From positions 92,730-156,729 of the forward strand of contig NMRA01000479.1 of the NCBI GenBank assembly GCA_002633005.1: a DNA stretch of 64,000 nt. Reading direction: 5' to 3'. The position numbers and the translations under genes were made by a program. A model generated the notes under the pieces. It saw nothing but the letters and a program-made list of their open reading frames with translations, made no database searches and had not been told where the DNA came from. Source of the DNA: Phoronis australis. Taxonomy: Eukaryota > Animalia > Phoronida. Positions 1-12,711 of the stretch are shown one piece after another. Within the stretch, counting starts at the first letter, position 1; each line of letters starts with the position of its first letter.

Positions 1-85
1 TTATTGTTGGTACTCGACCTTATTGTTGGTACTCGACCTTATTGTTGGTACTCGACCTTATTGTTGGTACTCGACCTTATTGTTG
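1..85. repeat. 19-bp minisatellite (TTATTGTTGGTACTCGACC) x4.5, runs off the window edge
   Basis: Exact tandem copies read directly. Confidence 0.95.
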
Positions 86-320
86 AGCACATGTCAACCT
101 CAATGGACCACCTGTAAATAAATCGATGCTTAGTAACGCTTGATGATTTACTAAATTTTGTCAGTAAATTGTCCAATGTAATGAGTAATGAAATTGAAAT
201 TAATTTTGTGTTCTGGTTTAACAAGAAATTGTAAACAAACCAGATGCAAGATTTCATTAAGTTTTGATCATTATTAATTCATGGAATGTGTGTGTCTGGT
301 TCTTCAATTCCGTTTGCATT

Positions 321-408
321 TCTAGCATTACTGTGCAGGTCTAGCATTACTGTGCAGGTCTAGCATTACTGTGCATTTCTAGCATTACTGTGCAGGTCTA
401 GCATTACT
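321..408. repeat. 19-bp minisatellite (TCTAGCATTACTGTGCAGG) x4.6
   Basis: Near-exact tandem copies in the intron before the eEF1B last exon. Confidence 0.95.
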
Positions 409-466
409 TAGAGGTAATGACACTAGAAATGTTTTCAGTGATACCACATAAATTGATTTTTTTTAG

Positions 467-553
467 GTGAGCACAGACTTTTTAGAGGAGCAGATCACAG
501 CTTTTGAAGACTTAGTTCAGTCGATGGACATTGCGGCATTCAACAAGATCTAA
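467..553 (+). CDS. EEF1B2: Last coding exon of translation elongation factor 1-beta/delta (eEF1B GEF C-terminus)
   Basis: After a T-tract and AG acceptor (465-466) it reads VSTDFLEEQITAFEDLVQSMDIAAFNKI*, the hallmark eEF1B-beta/delta C-terminus; AATAAA at 646-651. Closest to EEF1B2 from memory, but EEF1D cannot be excluded. Confidence 0.93.
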   Translation: MSTDFLEEQITAFEDLVQSMDIAAFNKI

Positions 554-645
554 TTGTTTTTCTCCAGATTTTTGTCTTGGTTAGTACCAAATTATTGTCA
601 AAATGAATGGAAATGTCTGGCACTACCTGCCAAGTTGTTGTGCTG

Positions 646-651
646 AATAAA
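646..651 (+). terminator. Candidate polyadenylation signal of the eEF1B gene
   Basis: AATAAA about 90 nt after the stop codon. Confidence 0.55.
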
Positions 652-1357
652 GTGCTGCCCTCTCTCCGCAAGTCATTGCTTTCTCTACAATAAGTGGACA
701 GTACATGATGGCCAGCGCTCCATGTTATGGTTATGTAGAACCTTATTGACAGCTCTGCCTATTTACCAAAATATTTTAGAGAACTTAGATTTTAAATTGG
801 TTAAAGTTTTAATTCACTATGTTCCAGCACCAACACACTCATCCATCGTAAGCTCTGGGGTTTCTAGTCATGTAGGGAATAAATACCTGCAAAGTAAAAA
901 AGTGTTTTGTTTGTAGTCTCTTTCCATAAGACATGTTTTGACAGCTGCTAAACTATATTCAACCTTTCTATGTAACCAGATGCTGAAAGCTAAACCCCAA
1001 ACTTAATACCATTATTCCAGTCAGTTAAATGGTGTCTCTCAGAAATGGATCATAATAATTATTTAAACTGTTGTGAATTAGCAACAGCAAATATTTCTCA
1101 AAAAGGTGTTTGCGAATGTTGCACCATATGTCTGGAGAGTGGTTGAGGAAAATCACTGGTATGGCGAAGGAAATCACTGGTATGGCGAAGGACTGCTGTG
1201 AAGCAGAATTTAACTCTCCTCCAAACAGTGAAGTTTGGGGAACTGTAGTCTGTGTTTGAATGAATGAGTAAAAACAATGAAATGAGACAAAGACAGCTAT
1301 CTTATGTACATGATATTTTTAGATGTGCTTAGAAACTGGTACAAGATATGTTATGGA

Positions 1358-1443
1358 ATTCGTGGTGAGACAGTGTAGGACCACCATTCGTGGTGAGACA
1401 GTGTAGGACCACCATTCGTGGTGAGACAGTGTAGGACCACCAT
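1358..1443. repeat. 28-bp tandem repeat x3
   Basis: ATTCGTGGTGAGACAGTGTAGGACCACC repeated exactly three times. Confidence 0.95.
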
Positions 1444-2299
1444 GTCCTGTTACTGTATTAATGGCAGATGTCCGGTTTCCTATTTTTCACTTTTTTTGAG
1501 AGACTCCTACTTTTGTGTGAAATTCCCATTTTCCCATTTCTCACTCATGATGAGTACTCCCAAACAGTAGTGCGTGTGAATGCCTTGAAATCGACCAAGA
1601 AACAAACGGCAGAAGATAGTTTTGCTGTCTGCTGTTTTGTACATTTGGTAGCATAGTACGTTAATTGAAAGTGTCTGTCAAACATGTTGTTCATCCAGTG
1701 TCCACTTGGAGTGTGGATTGGTGGATTGACATGCATGCGTGTGTACACGTGTGTGCATTTCCATTCTTTTAAATTCAGTACACGCCGACGTTAGTTCACT
1801 GCTATGGGCAGTCTTCCGTTGTCGCGCAAAAACCAGACATTTAAAGCCTTTCCGAAACAGTACATTTGGCTCCTTTCAAGAGCATCGCTCTGAGCCCACT
1901 AGTGCCATAAAATGTCAAACGTAACAAAGTGTTAGGCGTATTGGCTTGCTTTTGCCTGCGTCACCACGAGAATCACCTTTTAATTTAAACAGCAGCAAAT
2001 AATACTCGCACCCAATAGTGTCCTTTTTAGACCCCTATTCAATACAACTGTTATCGGTCTTCTGTCGTTAGGCGTAGGATCTCACGGTGACGCAATGCGG
2101 CACGAGAAGGCAGCTCCACCTATCATTTGACGGGCCTACATTTGCGTGGCTGAATTCGTGATCTCTTATTTTACTAAGGCTTTGTTGGGATTACCTGGTT
2201 AACCCAATACATCTAAAATAACAAAATTTCCGTTATTTAGGCTTTAGCTATTGTGTTTTCTTGCACTAAGCATGTTCACCTAGGGAAAAGTAGGTCTAT

Positions 2300-5009
2300 T
2301 AGTGGCGGATCTACGTTTTCAGTAAGGGGGGGTTTAGGATTCCCGCAAAGGTNGGGGGGAGGGGAGGTCGGGAGGGGGGTTTACCCCCTCCCGTTTAAGA
2401 TATCTTTTTATTTTTCTAGCCAAAACAGTGAAATTTCCATGCATCCTGGTACGTTTCTGGCACTTAACAGGAGTTTTTCTTAAGACAATTAAAAGCCCTT
2501 CTCGATTTCGTCACATGAACTTGGCTCATAAGTTTTCGTGAAACCATATCTGTGCACATCTGAGTATGAGTCACACCACCAGCAAAATTTTTTGTCGGAA
2601 CATCTGCTTACACGCACCTTTTTAGCATACGAAAAAGTGTGATTTGTGTACAGGGGTTTAGACAACTACCAAATTACCAAATATTCAAGAGCATAAGGAG
2701 CACCGACGGGGCGTAAAAACTTGAATATCAGATGATCGCAACAGCCTCAAGCTGTTTAAGAACGAACACCTGTACAGTTAGTCCGGAAATAAACATGTGT
2801 TCTGTCTCGTTACGAGAAAAACTGGCGAACGATGGTGCTCTCAGCTCATACTCTATTATTAAAAGCGACAAAAACAATTAAGTATCACTTTAAGCTGAAT
2901 CACGTTGACAACAATTGAAAAACGTCAAATGTATCAGGAAACAAATCATCTGAAAACAGTTTCACGAAACCATAACATTCTGTAGGCCTACACCGTGATG
3001 AAAAGATACACAGGAGCAGTTCGCAGAGGGACCAGATGTACACAAAAACTCTGGCCTGGTCCGTCACGAGACCAAAAGTACACCTCTGGTTGTTATCCCT
3101 ATAAAATAGTCGATCTGTCGTGGGACCTGAAACAGTACTGGCTGAGATAAATAGTTTTACAAAGCACACTTTGGTAAAAAAACATCACAAGTCTAGTTCG
3201 CCGAGGGACCAGAAGTACACTGAAACTCGATATCTACACAAATCAAGCTGGCCTGGTCCGTCGCGAGACCTAAAGCGTACTTCGCAAAAAATTTTGAATT
3301 GAAAACTTCTCTCTAGACACATTTTAATCCCCAGTGGATGCTCATACGTGTAGTTCACACATCTGGTGGTCAACTGCTGCCAGAGGTTGTCTAGGAAGGG
3401 TTTTCGCACCGTTCTGTAGTACTCACTGGAAGAAACAAGTATGGAGTACAGATTTAACTACGCACTACGTGAAATAAGATTTTGGATATGAAGCAGATAG
3501 ACTCAAGTGGAAATACAAACCAGAATCAGTTTCTGTGCTCTCGTAGACCCTCTGCTGTACTGGGTAAATTTGGCATGTCCAAAAATAATTTCTATTTCGT
3601 TTTCATTGTACACAAGCATAAAAAACAGACATTATTACAAACTGTGTATAATTATAACTTATTACCTGGGTGTTTCTCCGGGAACGTTGGTCCTATCTTT
3701 CTGTTGTTTAGACTGCCGGGGAATCTGTACATCGGATCCAATGGTTTGCTGCTCTTGGAATCATTCTACCTAGACATCTTCGACGTTTGTTCCCAACGCT
3801 TGCACTTCGTCAACTGCTGTGTCAATGAGCTTGTACGCCTCTACATTGTCAGAATCTCGTTTCGCAGCTCAGTTGGCACTAAGCCCCCTGAGATAATCAA
3901 GTCCATTCAAAAGACTTACAGCGTGAGCAACTAAATTCGATCCGTTCATCATGGACTACTTCAAACCTTGACGATGTATCCCAGGACCCATTTGCATCTC
4001 TTGCAATTTTCGAAATAAACGTCCCAATGTCTGAACGCTTGAAACCTGAAGTACTAACATCAAATAAATGCCGATGGGCATGGGCGTTTCTTCGGGTGGG
4101 CCTTCCTGCGGAAATTCCCAGTATAGAAAACGGCAGTGGTGCTTATTGCAGGTAGAAAGACGGTAGGTGTTGAGGTCGGCACTAGGGCTCCTTAAGGAGG
4201 CCCGTTGAACATCGCACGACTCCCGCAAGACTTTGTTGTGAAAATACAGCCTCCCTGCAATTTCTGGTACTGTACACTGTTCGCGAATGCTGTCACTTTG
4301 TCAATGTGAGTGTTCCCTTGGTCATTCCTTGCGTAGACATAACTTGTTAGAGAGCATCTTCAAACAGACTCGCGACCAGACCACGGTGCAGGCCACAATA
4401 GCAATTCTTCGGAAAACGAGTTTTTTTTTAAGTATTACATGTACATGTACATGTACACTGTATGATATTGCGCAAGACAACTTTACTATGCATCCGTCAA
4501 ATTCGAGTTACAAACGTGTGGGGTGTGACATGGCATGACAGATGAGGTAAAAAAGGTTGCACGTCAATTCGCCTGAATATCAGGATTGCAGCACCACAGT
4601 ATTTCCCCTAATCAAATCAAAACATGTCTTAGAGTAAAGAAACTAGTTACCTAAAGAAATCAGCTATAGAGCTGCTCTTTCAGCGGTGGATCCATCTAAA
4701 ATGCTTGGCTACTTCAGAAGTGTCGTCGGAAGCGCGCACACAATTGATCTCCGGGATTTTGCCGACGAGCCACGAAGACTCGAAACGCGTTGATTTTCAT
4801 AACAGCAATTCACAATGCAAAAAAAATATTTTTAGAGTGAACCCCCCCTCGTTTTTTTCCAAGTTGGTTTACTTGGGGTTTACACACGCTGGCGGTGCCG
4901 TTTTTGTTTTGCTGGAGACGTTTTTGTTTTGTTTTTTTCTAATTTTTGGGTCCTGGCCCGAGGGGGGGGTTTAAACCCCCTGAACCCCCCCCCCGTAGAT
5001 CCGCCACTG
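2300..5009 (-). mobile_element. Degenerate hAT (Tip100-like) DNA transposon, ~2.7 kb
   Basis: TIRs (T)AGTGGCGGATCTACG at 2300-2315 and CGTAGATCCGCCACTG at 4994-5009; TCTAT flanks both ends (2295-2299, 5010-5014); internal transposase remnants on the minus strand. Confidence 0.75.
3355..4030 (-). pseudogene. hAT/Tip100 (PRKRIR/ZMYM1-like) transposase fragment with stops, a frameshift and an intron at 3426-3665
   Basis: Minus strand reads ...LDYLRGLSAN*AAKRDSDNVEAYKLIDTAV...IPRQSKQQKDRTNVPGETPS|EYYRTVRKPFLDNLWQQLTTR, matching the remembered PRxxxRQxxRxNVPxxTPxEYYRxxxxPFLDxL motif of Tip100-type transposases. Confidence 0.8.
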
Positions 5010-5120
5010 TCTATAACAGCGTTGGTCAACAGAGAAAGTCTTCTCTTGTCAATCACTGTCAATGGTGCACAGTTCGCAGACTTCACACGAGCAACAAACA
5101 AAATATTTCCAAGGTTGCTT

Positions 5121-6010
5121 GTCACCATTTCGAAGGTCCATTACTCCGTAGGTCCACTACTTTATGATCGCTTCGAAGGTTCGCTACCTTCGAAAGTTCA
5201 CTACTTCGAATGTTCGTACAAATGTCGAAACCAGAATTCCGGTAGTTCATTACTCCCAATTGTCTGCTAATAAGTCGGAACTGACACGAATCAAGTATGG
5301 TATTTGAGTTCATTTAGTAACCATTTAAGGGATGTGCAAGAGTTCTTAAAAAATTGACTACAAATTAATGAGCTCAGTTCCTATCACTGCCAATCGAAAT
5401 CCTACAATCTAACTAAGCAGGGACAACATCTGTGGTACGGGTCAGGGCTGCGGCGACCAACGGTGGTTTTAAATTTAATATTGAATGGGAGACTGGCAGG
5501 GACAGGGCTGCTAAATAGGCCTACATATAATTTCTACCCGGCCGTGCGTGGGTTCCGGTGGGTGAGGTTGAGGCGCAGCGGCATTAAATTTTTCAGTTGT
5601 GTCGTGTAAAATGATGCGATCTTGACATGGATATTTGATGAATGTATCGTGTTGATAATTTATCAATATTCCTTCTTCATATTCTTTTAAAAATGCAAGT
5701 ATGTGGGCTACTCAAATTTCTGTAGTCGTAAAACATGCAATTTCGCATGCGCATGAAATCCAAACAAAATGTTTTAATACCCGGAGGTTGTTTTTGGTGT
5801 AGGTACTACACCACTCATTGCAATAATCGAATTATTGTTAATTTTGCATGTAAAATTATATAAATTACACACGATATTTTCGGAGTAGTGGCCCTCCGGA
5901 GTAGTGAACCTTCGAAGAAGTGAACCTTCGGAGTAGTGAACCTTCGAAGAAGTGAACCTTCGGAATTGTGAACTTCAGGAGTAGTGAACCTTCAAAATAG
6001 TGGGCTGTTC
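5121..6010. mobile_element. Foldback-type non-autonomous element with inverted arrays of a 16-bp unit
   Basis: Left array of GAAGGTTCACTACTTC-like units (5129-5215) is the reverse complement of the right array of GAGTAGTGAACCTTCG-like units (5881-6000). Confidence 0.65.
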
Positions 6011-7560
6011 CTATTTCCAGCGATGTAAGCAATTTAAATAACTCGCAAAACTACAACGCGTTTCGTCAAGTCATTCTCTGACTAAATATTTTCATCTTAG
6101 TAAGTAATGAGGTGCAATCACTGATTTAAGCAGATCGACCCCATACTTACGATCATATGACTTTAAGCACGCCTGATTTGAAAGTTTGGGAGGGCGTAAG
6201 GCGAGAACATTCTCTTTCTGAACCACATTACATCCGAATTTGTGTTCCACTCTTTGCGAGTATTTCTGGTATTACGAATTCCGTTTCATCTCAGGAACAT
6301 CAGAGAGTCATCGTTGTGTGTACAGATTTCTCCCCTTAATTTAGCTGCATCAAGGGTCTTGCCGAAAACTCTAGTGTCGACGTTTGCAAAATATCAAAGG
6401 TCCACCGTTCTAGAAATTCGAACCACCCCCACGCAATGCTGGCTACTACGGGCCTGAGTTATGGTAGTTATCTTTGCACTCAACACATGTTTCTTCTCGT
6501 GGTCTGCAGTACTATTTATCAGCGGAATTTGGGTCCGAATTTTCGACTTCTTGTTGAGTTGCTAACTTCTTGAACAACGCTTAAAGTTACCAGTTAAATA
6601 TAGGACCTGCATTGACAAAACCCAAAGGTATGATGTCGAACTCGTACGAAAGAATAGTTTGAGGATAACTGACGTTATTCGTAGTAATTTCAAAAACTGA
6701 TTAATATGAAGTAATCGCAATGTAGATTTTATATCGTCTTCTTGAATGTACAAAAATTGAACGTGTCTTTGATTTTTAAGGTACCATCATATTAGCACGT
6801 GTAAAAGTAATTTTGATCGAAACTGAGCTAACAGGATAATCAACTTGCCAAATGCAGAACAGAAAACAGTAGCGTTTGCTGTTGATGGAAATTTTCTTCA
6901 GCATTCTGCTTTTCAAAAAATTGTTGGGTTTCGGATTTCAATTTCTGAAATCATCGCGTTTCTGAAGAGTACGTACTCGCTCCGTCTCATATACGTAAAA
7001 CCACACATTTCAGTATTTCTAGTTGTGATCTGTACGTACAACTTAACGTTGCGTCACACGTGTGATTATGTGGACAATTTAGGCAGTTATGAAACGTTCC
7101 ATTAACTATAATGATGACTACAGTCGTTACTTAAATCTGCATGTTTCCCTGTATGGCTGGCTAAAAACTGAGTTTGAATCGGGCACTATACACTCATAAG
7201 TTCGGTCTTTTGTTATTCCTTTCTGTGACAAGATTTCATCTGTGTTACCAACAAGAACATCGAAACCATCAGCGGCTAAAAAGACTTCAGAGTGAATTGG
7301 TGTTGGCCAGCGCTAAAATTGCCAATTCGACAATGGCCCATGTAGGCTACCCGTTGCCTGTAATCTAACGGAAATGGAATCATATCGTGACACTTTAGTG
7401 GTACCATAGATACTCTATAGTCTATGATGGTACGAAAGGTGCTGTGAGAGCATCACCATACGTCATCAGAACGACTGTATGAGAGTAAAGATCTAATTCA
7501 GTTTTGATTGAGACTGCTAACTGAACGCAATGCAACTTTAATATTTGTTCACTTGTAGGC

Positions 7561-9423
7561 ATGGCGCCAATTTGGCAGACGACTGTGTTGTTGCTTGTTA
7601 CACTGGGCATCCTTGTGAATGCGTCGGTCGTTATGACGTGCCCTCAAGGGTGTGTATGCAACGCACAGAAACAAGAGATGATTTGCAGCGCACTTGACAT
7701 ACTTCCTAACTACGCACCTCCAGCTATGCTTTCCTTTAAGTGTCTAGGATGTCGACTGTGGGCCTTGAGAGCGAGAGATTTCGATGGAATGAGGCATCTG
7801 AAAAAATTGTATTTGCCCTCTGCTGGGATAGCGACTATCGAACCCTTTACTTTCAACACGTTGCAAAACTTGGAAATTCTAGATTTGTTTGGAAACAACC
7901 TTAAAACACTCGACGCCACTTCTTTTTCTGGACTAAACAACCTAAAACAGCTTATTTTACACAGCTGCGGTATTGAAGACATCATCAACGTGTTCGACCC
8001 TCTACCTGGATTGGAATATCTTATCCTTCACAGCAACAGGTTGAAAGCCATTCCAAGTAATGTATTTTCCAATATGGCTACTCTTAAGTCTATGCGTCTT
8101 GATTGGAACCTTATCGAAGAGATACACCCATACTCTTTCATGGGACTCTCCTCTTTGAAAGACCTTAATTTGTTGGCAAATAAAATCCACACTTTGCATA
8201 GCAGTGCTTTTGAAGGCTTGGGCAGTTTAAAGCAAATTTACATCGGGCGCAATCAACTGACCTCTTTTGATCCAAACATATTTAACCCCTTGACTTCATT
8301 GGAACATCTAAATTTCTTCCAAAACAAGATCTCCTACTTCCAAACGCTTCAATTTGGCAATCTGCCAAATGTTCGGGAAATTGTTGCCCATAACAACGGT
8401 TTGATGGGGATAGGTGATTCTGCATTTGCTGGCGTACCCACGTTAAAGACGCTTCATCTTTCCAACAATGTTTTGAAGAGAATTACAAAGAACATGTTGG
8501 TCGGACTTGACAATTTGGAAACTTTAGATCTTGTCAACAACGGATTAGAGGTAATTGACCAAGACGCATTCCAACCACTGAGAGAGCTGCGGATGTTTAG
8601 CTTGTGGAACAACCCCAAGTTAAACATAAAAGATGGTACTTTATTTAACTCACTCAGGAAATTGAAGAAGATTTACATGCAAGACATTGGTTTGACACAA
8701 GTACCTGCTAATTTGGATCTTCCAGATTTAGACCAAATTGAGCTCGGGCGCAATTCAATTGCAGTGTTGCCAAAGGATTTAGGACTTTCAACGTCTCTCA
8801 ACCTTCGATACGTAGGTCTCGACAGGAATAAAATCAAAGAGATTAACTTATCTCATTTGGGAAATTTCCAATTTATTGAAAATTTAAGGTTGTACAATAA
8901 CAAGATCGTATCATTTGATGAAAGTTTGCGTCCAATTTTTGCCAATAAGCTGAAACACGTGCGAATCGATGGTAATCCAATTCATTGCAACTGCGAAGTC
9001 TCTTGGCTTACCAAAATCACCCATTCTAAGTTCTATGGCCGTCAGGGCGGCTATAATTTGCGCTGTGCAACCCCACACTCAAAGTATTTACTACGAGAGA
9101 CATCCGATGCGGATTTCCAGTGTGTCAAGCCGCGGTTCATTGCTGACAAAACTCACTTGAAAGGCGGTGACACAAAGGACACAAATGTCGTTCTTACTTG
9201 TACTGCTTACGGGGACCCTGCTCCCAAGATAACCTGGTATGTCGTCTCTAAAGTTGATAGTGGTCCCCCAATCCGAACATTGTATAAAGATGATAAAAAG
9301 CCACAGAAACACGGGTCGTACGAAAATGTCGACACGTTGACGTTGCAGAGAAAATCTGCCAAGGAAATGATCTGTGTGGCAACAAACAGAGCCGGGACTG
9401 TGGAGAAGAAATTTAGCCTTTAA
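7561..9423 (+). CDS. Secreted leucine-rich-repeat plus Ig-domain protein (620 aa), single coding exon
   Basis: Signal peptide (TTVLLLVTLGILVNASVVMT), LRRNT CPQGCVC, about 17 typical LRRs, LRRCT (GNPIHCNC...LRCATP...FQC), I-set Ig (VVLTCTAYGDPAPKITW...CVATNRAG), then stop with no transmembrane helix. Acceptor TTGTAG 2 nt before the ATG; AATAAA at 9489. Confidence 0.95.
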   Translation: MAPIWQTTVLLLVTLGILVNASVVMTCPQGCVCNAQKQEMICSALDILPNYAPPAMLSFKCLGCRLWALRARDFDGMRHLKKLYLPSAGIATIEPFTFNTLQNLEILDLFGNNLKTLDATSFSGLNNLKQLILHSCGIEDIINVFDPLPGLEYLILHSNRLKAIPSNVFSNMATLKSMRLDWNLIEEIHPYSFMGLSSLKDLNLLANKIHTLHSSAFEGLGSLKQIYIGRNQLTSFDPNIFNPLTSLEHLNFFQNKISYFQTLQFGNLPNVREIVAHNNGLMGIGDSAFAGVPTLKTLHLSNNVLKRITKNMLVGLDNLETLDLVNNGLEVIDQDAFQPLRELRMFSLWNNPKLNIKDGTLFNSLRKLKKIYMQDIGLTQVPANLDLPDLDQIELGRNSIAVLPKDLGLSTSLNLRYVGLDRNKIKEINLSHLGNFQFIENLRLYNNKIVSFDESLRPIFANKLKHVRIDGNPIHCNCEVSWLTKITHSKFYGRQGGYNLRCATPHSKYLLRETSDADFQCVKPRFIADKTHLKGGDTKDTNVVLTCTAYGDPAPKITWYVVSKVDSGPPIRTLYKDDKKPQKHGSYENVDTLTLQRKSAKEMICVATNRAGTVEKKFSL

Positions 9424-12394
9424 GTGGGTTAAACGTGTTTCATTTACATTTCTTGAGTAGCATTTTATGTGATTCCCAACTGAAAGGAAATAAATCATAC
9501 TAATACAAAATGTGTTGTATTAGAGCTGAGTGTAAAATCAAAATCGATGTTCCAATACTACGTTCTTCTAGATCTATTACCAAAGCCATGAAATTCGAGT
9601 TGTGCAATAAACTGGGGCCTTCCAACCAAAACGAGTATTGATTTAGACCATTATGATGAATAAATTGCACTTAAATTGTCAAACTGTGATGGGTGACTGA
9701 TGTCAAAGGGGCAGGGAGCTGATGACTGGTTGTCGCGGGGTCATTGTATGCACCAAGCTTGGTCTCCAGGTATAAAGAACCTTCAATTCTTTGGAATCCT
9801 GAAACCGCTTGTCGCGTTGATGAATAAGGAACGGCTTGAGTTGATATAGCAGTGGTCTACATCAACAGTTCGTTTGTAGGACGAAACGCGGGGATTGCCA
9901 TTTAAGTCTCTTGATGGTTGCTATTCTTTTGATCACAGTCATTTTGTTAGTGAACATCGTCCTGTAAATTTCCCGCCAAATTGTATCCTGTTGTGACAGA
10001 CCTGTCATGGTTTCCGAAACCGTTCGTGACGTCAGTCTTAGTTATTTTAAATTAAATATTTTGATAAAAATTATTTATTAGGTGCCATTGTACCAACGTT
10101 TTGAGTGAAATTGAAACGGGTGTGATATTCAGAACGACCAAAAGGAAAGTTGTGCTCAAATCCTGTTATAGGTTTTAACTAGTACCATTTGCAGAGTTAA
10201 TGGTGTGAAAAAAGAATACGGAGGTAATCAATTTCATTTTTAAGATAAATAGATCCACAAGAATGTTTAATTTTATGTGCTATAGAAAAAAATACTCCCC
10301 ACGTTCCGAATGTCTTTTTCAAAATGGGCCCAAAATATCTGGTGAAATGGTCTGAATTTATCTGATTATTTAACTGATTATTCATTTTCCAAACAATGTG
10401 AGCTGATCTTTTTGCCCAGTTTACTGAGTTATTAAGTTATGCGTTTTAATTTAAGCCAACGCCTGCTTTAGGCCAAACTGGTTTTGGAAATATCCGAAAG
10501 AGCGCCTCAGAACGAATGTTTTTTTCGAGGGTGTTCTTTCGAAAACAAGTACTTCTGTTTGAATGCTATCTGCACGCCACATGTAAGATATTAAAATAAT
10601 ATTCCGTTAACGGTGACAACATGTAGCGTCACTCAACCAACACACAGAAAACAGCAATTGAAGCAACATAGCGTCTGTTTCGTCGCAAACGCAAAATTTA
10701 CAATTCAGTCTAAAAGTTCAAATTGCTAAGTAAAAATAGACAACTGAAGTTAAATTCTGACAGATACTACACAAGTCATGAAAAGCTTTCTAAAACCCGG
10801 TTCATGCAAATTTCTTTTTTGACCGAGCAATTCTTAAGGAGTGCAGTTTTTAGTAATTACTAATACATGATAGCATAAGACAGACTACAGTTTTCAATTA
10901 AAAAGCAAATGCAGTTACTTACGCTGGTTGTACATCATGTACACATATAGAAGGCCTACGTCTAGGCGTATTGAGCTAGCCTATATCATTGGCAAGAATC
11001 TTCACTACACTCAGCGAGACAAATAAAAAATAACAATACATGCTTTTTAATGACGGAGTGTGCCCTAGCACCAATTTCAAGTGTGGCTTTGATCAATTGG
11101 TTCACGTTTAGCGCATGGGCCTAATTCCGAAAATGGGCATAGGTTCTCATGCAGACGCCTAAATACGCGTATGTATACCAGAGACTGTTGTGTATCTTAC
11201 TTAGTCAAATAAAGTAGACACTCCATTAACTATGCAGTGAAACGAACAGAATTGAACTGAACACTGAACTGATTTATTCTACATATCATAACAATATATA
11301 TACACACAACTACATAACAACATATGATGCGTTACCTATGACACACTTCCTATACTAGGAATCGCATGACATAATACCAATTAAACTACTGAACTCATAA
11401 ACAATAACAACCTACAAACATCCTGTTATTGTGTGACTAAGTACACAACAGAGACAGTAGCGTCTTTGTGTATACCTAACAATTTAGAAGTTTGTACTTG
11501 TCGGTCATTGAATTTCAAGTTCGTAAGATATTCTTTCGCAAAAACTATAATTCCGAAGTTAGCGGTTTACATTCGGGTACTTCAGTGACTCCCGCCTTTT
11601 TCTGTACGCGGTCTTCCGTCACATCTCCTGTTGGAGGTATGGCAACACAAAAAAGTCATGGAGTAGCTATCACAGTGCTAAACGAAAGTTAGCAGGGCCA
11701 CTTTGCAGTATAGGAAGCGCTGTGTCAGAGGTTAGAAGTAGCTACAACTAATGATACAAAAATGGCAAGCCAGCACAACGACTACCTTATAATAGAATAT
11801 AAGAAATAATGAAAATGATGATATAAAAATAAATTAAATAATCACATCAACTTTTGTAATAGATAGCGGTAAACTTCTTACATATGTCACGAGGTACATT
11901 ACAAGTCTAACGTACAAAGTTTTCACTACTCGACCAGATCTGGTTACAAGTAGAACACAACCTGCTTACATGATTGCAACTATGAGATCATAACACGAAC
12001 AATTAATTTACAAAGTTTGTGAAGAATCCAATCGAGGAAGTATTCATTAGTTCTGAAAAATGGATAAAATGGCAGACCAGAATCTATCAAAAAGTACAAA
12101 TCTGCATGAGAATGATACGGACTCATCTTCATTCAGATCGCATAGCGAACATAGTGAATGTTGCAAACGCCGGGAAAACTGTGATTTCTACACCTAACCG
12201 TAAAGGTAATTATGTAATTAGCATCAAGGGTACTTAAATTTTTTTCACGAAGAAGTTTAATCTCAAACGATTTATAAATTCTAGAAGATGAACTTTTTCG
12301 AACTGTTGCTTGATTGAAAGTGGGGCACCGAGTCTCAACTGGAGTGACCTCTGTTAGCCACGACAACTATTGTAGCAACGACCGGTAGATGTCG

Positions 12395-12430
12395 CTTCCG
12401 TCGTCTTATAATAGAACATGGCGGCGTGTG
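12395..12430 (+). promoter_or_regulatory. Candidate core promoter/TSS region of the kelch gene
   Basis: AACATGGCGGC (YY1-type motif) at 12415-12425 with CTTCCG just upstream, in a CpG-richer patch about 300 nt before the ATG at 12712. Confidence 0.45.
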
Positions 12431-12711
12431 TAAACAAGTGTTTTGCAATATACACATAAGCTCGCTCAATATGAGAAAAATGTTTCGCAATCAGAGTCTT
12501 TTGTCTCATAACCTAGCTGCGGGTTTTCTATAAACTAACGTGTGAAACTTCCGACGTTTGTGCTTTTTCATAACGAGATTTTTTTGGTATTTCAAGGACA
12601 TGAACGCGTACAATTCGTTCTATTCGACTGTGCCTCGGCACTCGGCTGCGGCAAGTACGATGGACGTGAGTTTTTGTGTGCAGCCGAAACGCCTGGAAAC
12701 ATTAACTTAAA

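Noticed and set aside
130-460. Intronic snoRNA in the eEF1B intron
   Set aside because: A TGATGA is present but no convincing D box with terminal stem, nor an H/ACA structure.
3482-3934. 150-aa plus-strand ORF
   Set aside because: Antisense shadow of the decayed transposase on the minus strand; no recognisable motif.
6780-7434. Possible TTAA element with GGTACCATCATA inverted ends
   Set aside because: Right flank lacks TTAA and the right motif is also explained by a local hairpin.
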